A stretch of 64,000 nt of DNA, taken from positions 19,453-83,452 of the forward strand of contig JAHBUL010000016.1 of the NCBI GenBank assembly GCA_019638085.1, in the 5' to 3' direction. The DNA comes from Flavobacteriales bacterium (GTDB lineage: Bacteria > Bacteroidota > Bacteroidia > Flavobacteriales_F > PHOS-HE28). The position numbers and the translations under genes were made by a program. Positions 1-8,091 of this stretch are shown here, one piece after another. Position 1 is the first letter of the stretch; every line of letters starts with the position of its first letter. Under the pieces are notes generated by a model. It saw only the letters and a list, made by a program, of their open reading frames with translations, had not been told where the DNA came from and did no database searches.

Positions 1-126
1 TTCACAAGCCACCTTGCTCTGCGGATCGAATGCAAGAAAATGGTCTATGAGCGCATCGCTGATCTGATCGGCGATCTTGTCCGGGTGTCCTTCGCTGACG
101 CTTTCGGATGTGAAGAGGTATGGCAT
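1..126 (-). CDS. metK: S-adenosylmethionine synthetase, first 42 codons (gene runs off the left edge)
   Basis: Reverse-strand translation from the ATG at 126-124 reads [42 protein letters not shown], the canonical MetK N-terminus with GHPDK. It is too short for the ORF track, which lists an out-of-frame 96-aa ORF instead. Confidence 0.9.
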   Translation of the reverse strand, partial: MPYLFTSESVSEGHPDKIADQISDALIDHFLAFDPQSKVACE

Positions 127-208
127 GTTCAGATGTTCGGTGTTGATCCCTGCGGAAAAAGAGGTCGCAAAGAAACGGGTTTGTCGCGTATGATCTACTT
201 TTCGTCTG

Positions 209-757
209 ATGTGCAGCATTGGACAGGTCCTTGATGTTCAGATCATAGCTCTGGTAATTGCCTCCACCGTGGGTGTGCACCTCCTTGCCCAAGCGCCCGC
301 GCCGGTGCAGCAGAACAACCGCAACCTCACCGTATTCGCCGAAGCGTGGGGCGAAGGCGTTTACAATTCACTCAATATCGAGAAAATGCTCACCACCCCT
401 TCCATCGTGAGCTACCATCTGCGCATGGGCTTCGGCTTCTGGACACCCAAGTCGGTGAATTTTTATTCGCTTCCGGTGAACGCTGCCATCAGCTTTGGTC
501 ACGACTTGAAGGCCGAACTGAGCGTGGGTGCCACACCTTTCTGGCTGGCCACAAGGGAAGCCCGGGTGTCCAGCACCTTCGCCCCTACCCTCGGGGTCCA
601 TCTGCGCTGGATGGAGCCGAGCAGCGGATTGTTCATCCGCGCCGGAGCGCTGATCGCACCGCTCTATAACCTCAACAAAATTCCCGGAAACAAGGATGCT
701 TGGGAAAAAGGCACCTGGGGATGGAACCCCGGGATCGCCTTGGGCTTTACGTACTGA
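209..757 (+). CDS. hypothetical protein, possible small outer-membrane beta-barrel
   Basis: 182-aa ORF with a hydrophobic N-terminus ([18 protein letters not shown]), a strand-like alternating pattern and an aromatic C-terminus (GIALGFTY). No family recognised and the start is uncertain. Its end overlaps the gldA stop convergently by 11 nt. Confidence 0.4.
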   Translation: MCSIGQVLDVQIIALVIASTVGVHLLAQAPAPVQQNNRNLTVFAEAWGEGVYNSLNIEKMLTTPSIVSYHLRMGFGFWTPKSVNFYSLPVNAAISFGHDLKAELSVGATPFWLATREARVSSTFAPTLGVHLRWMEPSSGLFIRAGALIAPLYNLNKIPGNKDAWEKGTWGWNPGIALGFTY

Positions 758-1667
758 CCGAGCTGGCCGTAAGCTCCTTGAACACCGATTCCAGATCGCG
801 TTCGGCGCGTTGGAGGGTGAGCACCTTCAAGCCCTTGTCCACGGCGAACTGGAACACGGCGGGTCGGACATCGTTCTCCTCGCGGAAGGTGAGTGTCCAG
901 GTATGCCCATCGCCGCGCAGGGCATTCTCCACTCCCGGAAGTGCGAGCAATTCCTCACTGGTAACACGGCCATCGAATTCTACCAGCACGGCTTGCTGCT
1001 GATCGCCGAGGCGGCGGATGTGCTTGGCACTATCATCCGCTACGATATGTCCCCTGTCGATGATGATGACACGGCTGCATATGGCCTCCACCTCCTGCAT
1101 GATGTGGGTGCTCAGCATCACGGTGCGCTCTTCACCAATGTGCTTGATCAAGCCACGGATCTCCTCCAGCTGGTTGGGGTCCAAGCCGCTGGTGGGTTCA
1201 TCCAGGATAAGCACCTTGGGATCATGGATCATGGCTTGTGCCAAGCCCACGCGCTGCCGGTAGCCTTTGCTCAATGCACCGATCTTCTTGTGCTGCTCCC
1301 GCTCCAGGCCTACGGTGCCCACCATTTCCTGCACCCGCTTGGAGATGTTCTTCATCTTGTACATCCCAGCGGTGAATTCCAAATATTCCCGGACATAAAG
1401 GTCCGTGTACAACGGGTTGTGCTCGGGCAAGTAGCCCACGTTGCGCCGCACGTCCATGCTGGCCTCGCGGATGTCGAAGCCGCACACGCTGGCATCGCCG
1501 GAGGTAGGCGGCAGGAAGCAGGTGAGGATCTTCATCATCGTGCTCTTCCCAGCACCGTTGGGGCCGAGGAAGCCGACGACCTCGCTCCCCCCGATCTCGA
1601 ATGAAACATCGTCCAGCGCTTTCTGGGCGCCGAACTGTTTGGTGATGTGGCGGACGGAGATGGACAT
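747..1667 (-). CDS. gldA: gliding-motility-associated ABC transporter ATP-binding subunit GldA
   Basis: 306 aa with Walker A GPNGAGKST, signature LSKGYRQR and Walker B LILDEPTSGLD. The block GYLPEHNPLYTDLYVREYLEF matches my recollection of Flavobacterium GldA. Confidence 0.8.
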   Translation of the reverse strand: MSISVRHITKQFGAQKALDDVSFEIGGSEVVGFLGPNGAGKSTMMKILTCFLPPTSGDASVCGFDIREASMDVRRNVGYLPEHNPLYTDLYVREYLEFTAGMYKMKNISKRVQEMVGTVGLEREQHKKIGALSKGYRQRVGLAQAMIHDPKVLILDEPTSGLDPNQLEEIRGLIKHIGEERTVMLSTHIMQEVEAICSRVIIIDRGHIVADDSAKHIRRLGDQQQAVLVEFDGRVTSEELLALPGVENALRGDGHTWTLTFREENDVRPAVFQFAVDKGLKVLTLQRAERDLESVFKELTASSVST

Positions 1668-1872
1668 GGGCGCGAAATTAGAGCACTGTTGTGAGGGGGA
1701 TCAGAAGATCAAAAAATTAGAAGATCGGATGATCCTTGGCTTCCCGGCTTGCGGGTCAATGGTGAGAATGATGAAAGGATGGACAAGATGGCCCCGGATC
1801 TTTACCGTTCCAACCAATCCTTGCATCCGGTTGTTGACGGTTCGCGGTCGCGCTTGCGACGGCTGACATAAT

Positions 1873-3402
1873 ATGGCGGGCGAACAGGTGAAGGAACATC
1901 CCATGGAAGGTGGCCCAGCGATGGGCATGCGCAGGAATTGGATCCTGGCCGCGCTGATGCTCACCATGGCGCTGGCGGCGATGGACAATACCATCGTGGC
2001 CACGGCCATCCCGCAGATCGTGGGCGACCTGGGCGGCTTTTCGCTCTTCAGCTGGCTCTTCTCCATCTACCTGCTGATCCAGACCGTTACCATTCCCATC
2101 TATGGGAAGCTGGCGGACATCTTCGGGCGCAAGCCGATCCTGATATTGGGTATTTCCATATTCCTGCTGGGATCAGCGGCCTGCGCTGCTGCTTGGAACA
2201 TGCATTCGTTGATCGCCTTCCGCGGCCTTCAGGCCGTGGGGGCCGGCTCGATCATGGCCACAGTGAACACCATCGCCGGCGATATCTACACGATCAAGGA
2301 GCGCGCGAAGATCCAAGGGTGGCTGTCCAGCGTATGGGGCATGTCGGCGATCCTGGGGCCCGCGATCGGAGGGGCTTTGGCGGATTATGCTTCGTGGCGG
2401 TGGATCTTCTTGATCAACATCCCCATCGGGCTGGGTTCCATTGCCCTGATCGCACACTTCCTGCACGAGAACAAGGTGCACAAAAAACATCGGGTGGATT
2501 GGCTGGGCGCAGCGGCCATGCTCATCACGGGCACGGTGATCATGTTCGGCCTCTTGCAAGGCGGACAGGGTTGGCCATGGCTCTCCTTCACCACCTTGGG
2601 ATTCGTTCTCGTTTCCATTTTGTTGGTGGCGGTGACCATGCGGATCGAACGCCGTGCGGAGGAACCCATTCTGCCACGTTGGGTGTGGAGCCGGCGGGTG
2701 CTGGTAGGTGCCAACTTGGCCACCATCGGCATGGGTGCACTCACTATGGGGCCCAATATGTTCCTGCCGGTCTTCGCGCAATCGGTCACGGGGGTGGGTG
2801 CCATCGCGGCTGGCTTCATACTGGCCAGCATGAGCATCACCTGGCCGCTATCCTCAGGGTTGGCGGGGAACCTCTATTTGCGTGTCGGCTTCCGGAACAC
2901 GGCCATCTGTGGGATCAGCGTGGCCATCATCGGTGCCTCCACCTTTTTGTTCCTACCCTTTCCTGGGCCAGTATGGAGCTTGGTGGCCATTCAAATGACA
3001 CTGGGTGCGGGTTTCGGTCTGATCGCCACGCCTCTATTGATCGGCGTGCAGTCCACCGTGGAATGGGGACAACGCGGCGTGGTGACCGGCACCAATATGT
3101 TCTCCCGCTACTTCGGCCAAACCCTTGGTGCGGCCATCTTCGCAGCGATCTTCAACTCGCGCCTCACTGAACAAATGGAGCATGCGCCAGCCGCCTTGCG
3201 TTCGGCCTTGCCCGCTGTGGATAAGGTGATGGAAACCTTGCAGCATCATGGTCCCGGTTCAGCAGTGAGCTTATACCTTCGGGAAGCCTTCTTCGATGCA
3301 ACCCGGAATGTCTACATCGGCATGGTGGCGATCGGCTTGCTCACCCTGTTGATCCTTTTGCTGACTCCTGCGAAATTCACCGATGCAGAGGAACGGAGGT
3401 GA
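1873..3402 (+). CDS. MFS transporter, DHA2 (EmrB/QacA-like, 14-TMS) family
   Basis: 509 aa with motifs MDNTIVATAIPQI, GKLADIFGRKP and WRWIFLINIPIG. Alternative ATG starts lie at 1903 and 1921. Confidence 0.9.
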   Translation: MAGEQVKEHPMEGGPAMGMRRNWILAALMLTMALAAMDNTIVATAIPQIVGDLGGFSLFSWLFSIYLLIQTVTIPIYGKLADIFGRKPILILGISIFLLGSAACAAAWNMHSLIAFRGLQAVGAGSIMATVNTIAGDIYTIKERAKIQGWLSSVWGMSAILGPAIGGALADYASWRWIFLINIPIGLGSIALIAHFLHENKVHKKHRVDWLGAAAMLITGTVIMFGLLQGGQGWPWLSFTTLGFVLVSILLVAVTMRIERRAEEPILPRWVWSRRVLVGANLATIGMGALTMGPNMFLPVFAQSVTGVGAIAAGFILASMSITWPLSSGLAGNLYLRVGFRNTAICGISVAIIGASTFLFLPFPGPVWSLVAIQMTLGAGFGLIATPLLIGVQSTVEWGQRGVVTGTNMFSRYFGQTLGAAIFAAIFNSRLTEQMEHAPAALRSALPAVDKVMETLQHHGPGSAVSLYLREAFFDATRNVYIGMVAIGLLTLLILLLTPAKFTDAEERR

Positions 3403-3469
3403 ATACCGCACCGGCTGATGCTCCGGTAAAGAGCAAAGAACGCTTGGGCTTATTTTTGACCACGATCCA

Positions 3470-3492
3470 CCTTGCCACGCGCTGTGGCAAGG
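3470..3492 (+). terminator. GC-rich hairpin downstream of the MFS gene (possible terminator, no U-tract)
   Basis: CCTTGCCAC-gcgct-GTGGCAAGG, a 9-bp perfect stem with a 5-nt loop, 68 nt after the stop codon. Confidence 0.3.
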
Positions 3493-3616
3493 ACCGCTGT
3501 ACGCTCGGAACATTGGAGCATGCAATTGTCAGTACGACGTGCATAACCCATGAGCGTTCGAGCCATTGTCAATGAAGCATGTCATATCCCTTTAGCTCCA
3601 TTCGAATTGTGCGCGC

Positions 3617-5110
3617 ATGCAGATCGAAATAGCTCTGCTCATTCTATCCGTCCTGTTCTTTCTGAGCATACTGGCTGGTAAAGCAAGTTCCAGATTCGGC
3701 GTTCCCGCCTTGCTGCTGTTCCTGGCCGTGGGAATGCTCTGGGGCAGCGATGGATTGGGAATTCGGTTTGAGGACGTCCACATTGCACAAAGCATCGGGA
3801 CCGTTGCGCTTTGCATCATTCTCTTTTCCGGAGGAATGGACACCCGATTTTCCGAGGTACGCCCGATCATAGCGCAAGGGGTCGTCCTTGCTACGGTTGG
3901 CGTGTTGCTGACGGCGATCATGACCGGCGCGCTTATCTGGTTGATACTGGGCATGACCATGCAATCCGCCGGCATCGGGGTCTTGACCTCTCTCTTACTG
4001 GCCTCCACAATGTCCTCCACCGATTCGGCATCGGTCTTTTCCATTCTCCGTTCCAAGGGCCTTCGGTTGAAGAACAACCTTCGCCCGATGCTGGAGTTGG
4101 AAAGTGGAAGCAATGACCCCATGGCGTATGTGCTGGTGATCACGATGATCGGGCTCATTCAAATGGATGCAGCGCCGAATTATTGGTTGGCCGGCGGGCT
4201 GTTGTTGCTGCAACTCAGTATTGGCCTGGTTGCAGGTTATCTACTGGGCAAACTTGCCGTGATCACGATAAATCGGATCAACATCGGTAACGATTCACTG
4301 TATCCCATCCTGGTCTTCACCTTCTGCATCTTCATCTTCTCGATCACGCATTTCATCAAGGGAAATGGCTTTTTGGCGGTGTATGTGGGCGGACTGGTGA
4401 TCGGGAATTCAAAGTTCGTGCGCAAGCGCTCGTCGCTTAACTTCTTTGATGGACTCGCCTGGATCTCCCAGCTTGTGATGTTCCTGACATTGGGGCTGTT
4501 GGTGAATCCGAAGGAGCTGTTGCCACTGGCCATACCCGGATTGCTGATCAGCCTCTCCATGATATTCATAGCGCGCCCACTCACGGTTTTCCTGTGCTTG
4601 CTTCCATTTCGAAAAATGCCGATCCGGGACAAGGCCTATGTCTCCTGGGTGGGGCTCAGGGGAGCCGTTCCCATCATCTTCGCCATCTTCCCACTTGTTG
4701 CGGATGTGCCTCATGCAAGGCTCATGTTCAACATCGTCTTTTTCTGCACCTTGGTGTCATTGATACTCCAAGGAACCTCACTTGCCGTTGTAGCCCAATG
4801 GCTTCATCTGGATGAAAGGCAGGGCCGATCAAAGGATTCCGGGGAAACGGAGGTTGACCTGCTGACGGATATCAAGTCCATTGCAACCGAAATAGAAGTG
4901 ACAGCGAGCATTCTGGAAAAAGGCAATAAGCTTGTGTACCTCCCCCTGCCCGATGATGCCCTTGCCGTGCTGGTGAAGCGTGGAGGGAAATATTTCGCTC
5001 CAACAGGAACAACCATCCTGAAGGAAAAGGATATCATCCTGTTGATCGCGGACAACCATGCCGACCTGATGGCGACCTATCAGCAATTAGGGGTGTACAA
5101 CCTGAAGTGA
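3617..5110 (+). CDS. K+/H+ antiporter, NhaP2/CvrA-type (CPA1) with C-terminal TrkA-C-like domain
   Basis: 497 aa. The membrane domain carries GVPALLLFLAVGML and LESGSNDP. A soluble C-terminal ~80 aa (EIEVTASILEKGNKLVYLPLP...ILLIADN) resembles TrkA-C. Confidence 0.85.
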   Translation: MQIEIALLILSVLFFLSILAGKASSRFGVPALLLFLAVGMLWGSDGLGIRFEDVHIAQSIGTVALCIILFSGGMDTRFSEVRPIIAQGVVLATVGVLLTAIMTGALIWLILGMTMQSAGIGVLTSLLLASTMSSTDSASVFSILRSKGLRLKNNLRPMLELESGSNDPMAYVLVITMIGLIQMDAAPNYWLAGGLLLLQLSIGLVAGYLLGKLAVITINRINIGNDSLYPILVFTFCIFIFSITHFIKGNGFLAVYVGGLVIGNSKFVRKRSSLNFFDGLAWISQLVMFLTLGLLVNPKELLPLAIPGLLISLSMIFIARPLTVFLCLLPFRKMPIRDKAYVSWVGLRGAVPIIFAIFPLVADVPHARLMFNIVFFCTLVSLILQGTSLAVVAQWLHLDERQGRSKDSGETEVDLLTDIKSIATEIEVTASILEKGNKLVYLPLPDDALAVLVKRGGKYFAPTGTTILKEKDIILLIADNHADLMATYQQLGVYNLK

Positions 5111-5190
5111 AAATGACAGCTGCCTGCGCGGTGCAGTGCTACGCCGGAATGCGACCATGAGCTACTCGCTTTTAAATTCGAGATCTTTAC

Positions 5191-5374
5191 ACCCGGAATA
5201 TGCAGTAGAAAATCTGCTATGGCATGAAATGGCTGCGGTAGCACGCGCTACGCTGGATTTTGCTCCGAACGGTATCGGAGCGGCACCGTAGCTTCGGCTA
5301 CGCCTTCTCGCCAAAACCCTTGCTACCATTGCCATTTTAACCCTCGCTACGACGTCCTACTGCATAATCCGGGT
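5191..5374. other. compound imperfect palindrome (candidate structured RNA or MITE-like element) in the antiporter-rsgA spacer
   Basis: Outer helix: ACCCGGAATATGCAGTAG (5191-5208) pairs with CTACTGCATAATCCGGGT (5357-5374), 17 of 18. Inner helix: GAAATGGCTGCGGTAGCA (5226-5243) pairs with TGCTACCATTGCCATTTT (5321-5338), two 7-bp segments. Apical hairpin: CGTAGC-TTCG-GCTACG (5287-5302). Confidence 0.5.
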
Positions 5375-5414
5375 TGCAGGTCGTTCACAAAACATCGCTC
5401 AAGCGAAAAGCCCC

Positions 5415-6476
5415 ATGTCCACTGGTCTGGTAATGCGTTCCACCGGCAGCCGCTACATCGTACGCGGCGAGGATGGCGTGCTGCATACGTGCATCGCGAA
5501 GGGCAAGCTGCGCATCAAGGGCTACAGCACCACCAACCCGTTGGCCGTCGGTGATCTGGTGGATTTCATACCTGCTGCCGAAGTGATCGGCAATGAACAT
5601 GTAGGTGCCATCACCAAGCTGCATCAGCGACGTAATTACCTGGTGCGCAAGTCCGTGAACCTCTCGCACCACAAGCATGTGATCGCCAGCAACATGGACC
5701 AGTGCCTGATACTGGTGACCTTGGCCAGGCCGCGCACTTCGTTCGGTTTCATCGATCGCGTGCTGGTGACCGCCGAGGCATACAAGATCCCGCCGGTGAT
5801 CATCTTCAATAAGGTGGATGACTACGACGATGACGAGCTGGGCCTGCTCGCGGAATACGAGGACGTCTACCAAACAGTCGGCTACCGCACATTGATCACT
5901 TCCGCGCTGAAGAACAAGGGCATGGACGCGGTGAAGGCGCTCCTGCACGGCAAGGTCTCGTTGTTGGTAGGGCACAGCGGCGTTGGCAAGAGCACATTGG
6001 TGAATGCCATTGATCCGTCGCTGGACCTGCACACGCTGGAGATCAGTGCTTCCACGGACAAGGGGCAGCATACCACTACGGCGGCCCAGATGTTTGAGCT
6101 TCAGTTGTCAGTTGTCAGTTCTCAGTTGTCAGGCGTTCTCCGACCGGCCTCCGACGATCCTTCGCCATCCACTGCAGTCGGCCCTGACAACCGACAACTG
6201 ACAACTGATAACTCTTCCCCCACCTTCATCATTGATACCCCAGGTGTAAAAGGCTTCGGGCTGGTGGACATGACGCAAAAGGAGATCGTGGACCAGTTCC
6301 CGGAATTTTTCGCGCTGCGGGGTGAATGCCGCTTTGGGGACTGCAAGCACATGCAGGAGCCGGGCTGTGCGGTGCTGGAGGGGCTGGACAAGGGCGAAAT
6401 AGCCGCGAGCCGGTACAACAGTTACATCGACATGGTGGAGGGTGTGGATGAGGCCACGTCGTACCGCACGGATTGA
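5415..6476 (+). CDS. rsgA: ribosome small-subunit-dependent GTPase A, carrying a 38-codon insertion
   Basis: 353 aa with circularly permuted G motifs: G4 FNKVD, G1 GHSGVGKST, switch I GQHTTT and G3 IIDTPG. Zinc knuckle CRFGDCKHMQEPGCAV is present. The ORF is intact across the repeat at 6102-6214. Confidence 0.9.
   Translation: MSTGLVMRSTGSRYIVRGEDGVLHTCIAKGKLRIKGYSTTNPLAVGDLVDFIPAAEVIGNEHVGAITKLHQRRNYLVRKSVNLSHHKHVIASNMDQCLILVTLARPRTSFGFIDRVLVTAEAYKIPPVIIFNKVDDYDDDELGLLAEYEDVYQTVGYRTLITSALKNKGMDAVKALLHGKVSLLVGHSGVGKSTLVNAIDPSLDLHTLEISASTDKGQHTTTAAQMFELQLSVVSSQLSGVLRPASDDPSPSTAVGPDNRQLTTDNSSPTFIIDTPGVKGFGLVDMTQKEIVDQFPEFFALRGECRFGDCKHMQEPGCAVLEGLDKGEIAASRYNSYIDMVEGVDEATSYRTD
6102..6214. repeat. 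palindromic dispersed repeat, copy 1 (inside the rsgA coding sequence, in frame)
   Basis: Left arm CAGTTGTCAGTTGTCAGTTCTCAGTTGTCAGG and right arm CCTGACAACCGACAACTGACAACTGATAACTC are near reverse complements. It shares the exact strings GTTGTCAGGCGTTC and AGTCGGCCCTGACAAC with the copy at 63123-63245. Confidence 0.85.
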
Positions 6477-6527
6477 ATGGGGTGACAAGTGGTACAGGGA
6501 TCGGCACGGGGTTATCTTTGAGGAACC

Positions 6528-6686
6528 ATGCTCGATCGGCGCGATCATATCACATCAGACCCAAAGGTCATGCTCTGAAAGCCCTGCTTCCGGGGTAGCC
6601 GCGTTCCTGTCTATCTGATCCTGCAGAAGATCGCGTTGGGTGAACGTATCGAAGATCTTTTGGCAGGTTATACCATTTCGCAATAG
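6528..6686 (+). pseudogene. DUF433-family (antitoxin-like) gene remnant with in-frame TGA and truncated C-terminus
   Basis: Translation MLDRRDHITSDPKVML*KPCFRGSRVPVYLILQKIALGERIEDLLAGYTISQ* follows the DUF433 pattern as I recall it (I.DP.V.GGKP.IRGTR.PV..IL..LA.G..IE.LL..YP). The stop at 6576-6578 replaces a conserved Gly codon. Confidence 0.6.
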
Positions 6687-6845
6687 AATATCATCAGATC
6701 TACTTGCTCTTTTTTCCGCATTACTTCTCCAAAGAGGTTGCCGCGGCCATAGCTACGGGGCAACCTCCTTGTCCCGCACCGTTGCGGGGCGTCCTGCGAA
6801 AAAATAGCGGCGCATCTTTGGACGACCTTCTATTGCGAAGTGGTA

Positions 6846-6890
6846 TTACTTCAACGCCTCCACCCACACCACTTCCGGCGCTGCACGCTT
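6846..6890 (-). repeat. displaced duplicate of the last 14 codons plus stop of the NifU-like gene (direct repeat partner of 8092-8136)
   Basis: Copy at 6846-6890: TTACTTCAACGCCTCCACCCACACCACTTCCGGCGCTGCACGCTT. Copy at 8092-8136: TCACTTCAACGCTTCCACCCGCACCACTTCCGGGGCTACCCGCTT. They match at 39 of 45 positions. The fragment encodes KRAAPEVVWVEALK* against the gene's KRVAPEVVRVEALK*. Confidence 0.8.
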
Positions 6891-8033
6891 TTACGGATAG
6901 TCAAATCCAAATCTGTAATCCGTCAGCTTGTCCAGCTCAAATTCCAGGATCGCGAAATAGGATGGCATGTTGTACCGGCGCAGGAAATCGGATCGTACAT
7001 GGTCCTTGATCGAATAGGATAAAAGTTCGTGACCACGTTCTCCGTAATAGATCGAATAGCATTTACCCAGTTTGGCAATTACATCCGCTTTGGACATTCC
7101 AAGGGTTACGCTGTTCCCGGAACGGAAGTTCACACTGGGCAGCGTGTCCCGGACGTTCGTTGGCCTTGTCCGGCTCAAACGCATCGCAGCATAGTTATCC
7201 GGGCCATCACCATAATAAATGAAGAACGTCATGTACTGTGACCCGTCGCTGGATCTAAAACCAACATGCGGGAAATCCGTGTTGTCCTCTACAAGTCCGT
7301 TGCTCGGAATACTTCCCAAGACCGCGATGGCACTTGAGGCATCCTCAAGGGCAACATTTGCCAAAGCAGTGTCCGGCAACGTCATCCCACAACGGTCCGG
7401 CATCTCGCGCAGCTCCTTCCTCCAGTCCAAGTACGCACAGTCCGCTTCGCCATTCTTGCGTGCATCCAACAGCATGGACCGGAGTGAAACGGCCTGTGAA
7501 AGGAGGCTTGTATCGGACCCGGCGATCATGTCCTCCTCGACCGATGTCCCGTTGACCGCTTCCCAGCAGAGGGGCGCACCATTTTCAAAAAAATAGGCCG
7601 TACTCGTCGTCGTTGTTTTGGCAGGATCAAAGACCTCCGTGTCGTTGTTCTCCTTACGCTCGGCCTCGTCCCAGTAGTAGGGCCGGTTGTATCGTGAATC
7701 AAGCAGTATTGAATAGGCCAATTCATCGTCAGCAAAGTGGAACGATCGGAATCGCTTCCCGGTCTCACCATGCAACCAGCAAAATGCGATCGAGAGTTTT
7801 CCATCAGGCTTGAAATAGCCAACGGCAGCTCCTCCATCAGTAGACCATTCTTCCACACTGATACAGGTAGAGTCCAGTGAACGCGCCTCCACGATCTGTG
7901 TCTCGCGCAAGCGTTCGGTCGCACGTACTTGATCGATCAGTCCCTGTGCCATGGACAAGGAGCATAAAAACAAGGCCGGGATGAGGGCGAAAGCTCTGCC
8001 ATACCTGCGGCGACCTGTTACGAGGAAGGGCAT
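6891..8033 (-). CDS. hypothetical secreted protein (no family recognised)
   Basis: 380-aa ORF with signal-peptide-like MPFLVTGRRRYGRAFALIPALFLCSLSMAQG. It looks more AT-rich than its neighbours by eye and is bracketed by the 45-bp nfu direct repeats. Confidence 0.65.
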   Translation of the reverse strand: MPFLVTGRRRYGRAFALIPALFLCSLSMAQGLIDQVRATERLRETQIVEARSLDSTCISVEEWSTDGGAAVGYFKPDGKLSIAFCWLHGETGKRFRSFHFADDELAYSILLDSRYNRPYYWDEAERKENNDTEVFDPAKTTTTSTAYFFENGAPLCWEAVNGTSVEEDMIAGSDTSLLSQAVSLRSMLLDARKNGEADCAYLDWRKELREMPDRCGMTLPDTALANVALEDASSAIAVLGSIPSNGLVEDNTDFPHVGFRSSDGSQYMTFFIYYGDGPDNYAAMRLSRTRPTNVRDTLPSVNFRSGNSVTLGMSKADVIAKLGKCYSIYYGERGHELLSYSIKDHVRSDFLRRYNMPSYFAILEFELDKLTDYRFGFDYP

Positions 8034-8091
8034 TTCAAGCTCTGCTGGATCAGACTCTGATCAATTCGGAAAGGTCATGCTGAGATCCTCC

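Noticed and set aside
2-292. 96-aa minus-strand ORF at the left edge
   Set aside because: It is out of frame with the real gene. The adjacent frame gives a perfect MetK N-terminus from 126 downwards, and the 96-aa product becomes Arg-rich nonsense after ~40 residues.
127-300. Possible SAM riboswitch upstream of metK
   Set aside because: I looked on the minus strand for SAM-I (GGAGGGA...GGCCC...AGAUGAG-like) and SAM-II (AAAGCU pseudoknot) signatures and found no convincing match. The region also overlaps the start of the divergent 209-757 ORF. This needs an Infernal scan to settle.
696-1604. 302-aa plus-strand ORF antisense to gldA (and similar antisense ORFs at 5385-6071, 8829-9581, 14716-15581, 19539-20606, 30425-31414, 34041-35168, 35641-36345, 50325-51101)
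   Set aside because: Each lies opposite a gene with unmistakable family motifs and has an Arg/His/Gly-rich, motif-free translation. That is typical of antisense frames in GC-rich DNA.
6102-6214. Intein, intron or sequencing artefact as the explanation for the rsgA insertion
   Set aside because: 38 aa is far too short for an intein, and no group I/II intron features are visible. The independent second copy with identical inner ends argues that it is a genuine repeat element.
6686-6845. Partner toxin (DUF5615/PIN-like) downstream of the DUF433 relic
   Set aside because: Translations of all three forward frames gave only vague Leu-rich similarity (for example SDLLALFSALLLQRG). That is not enough to call even a pseudogene.
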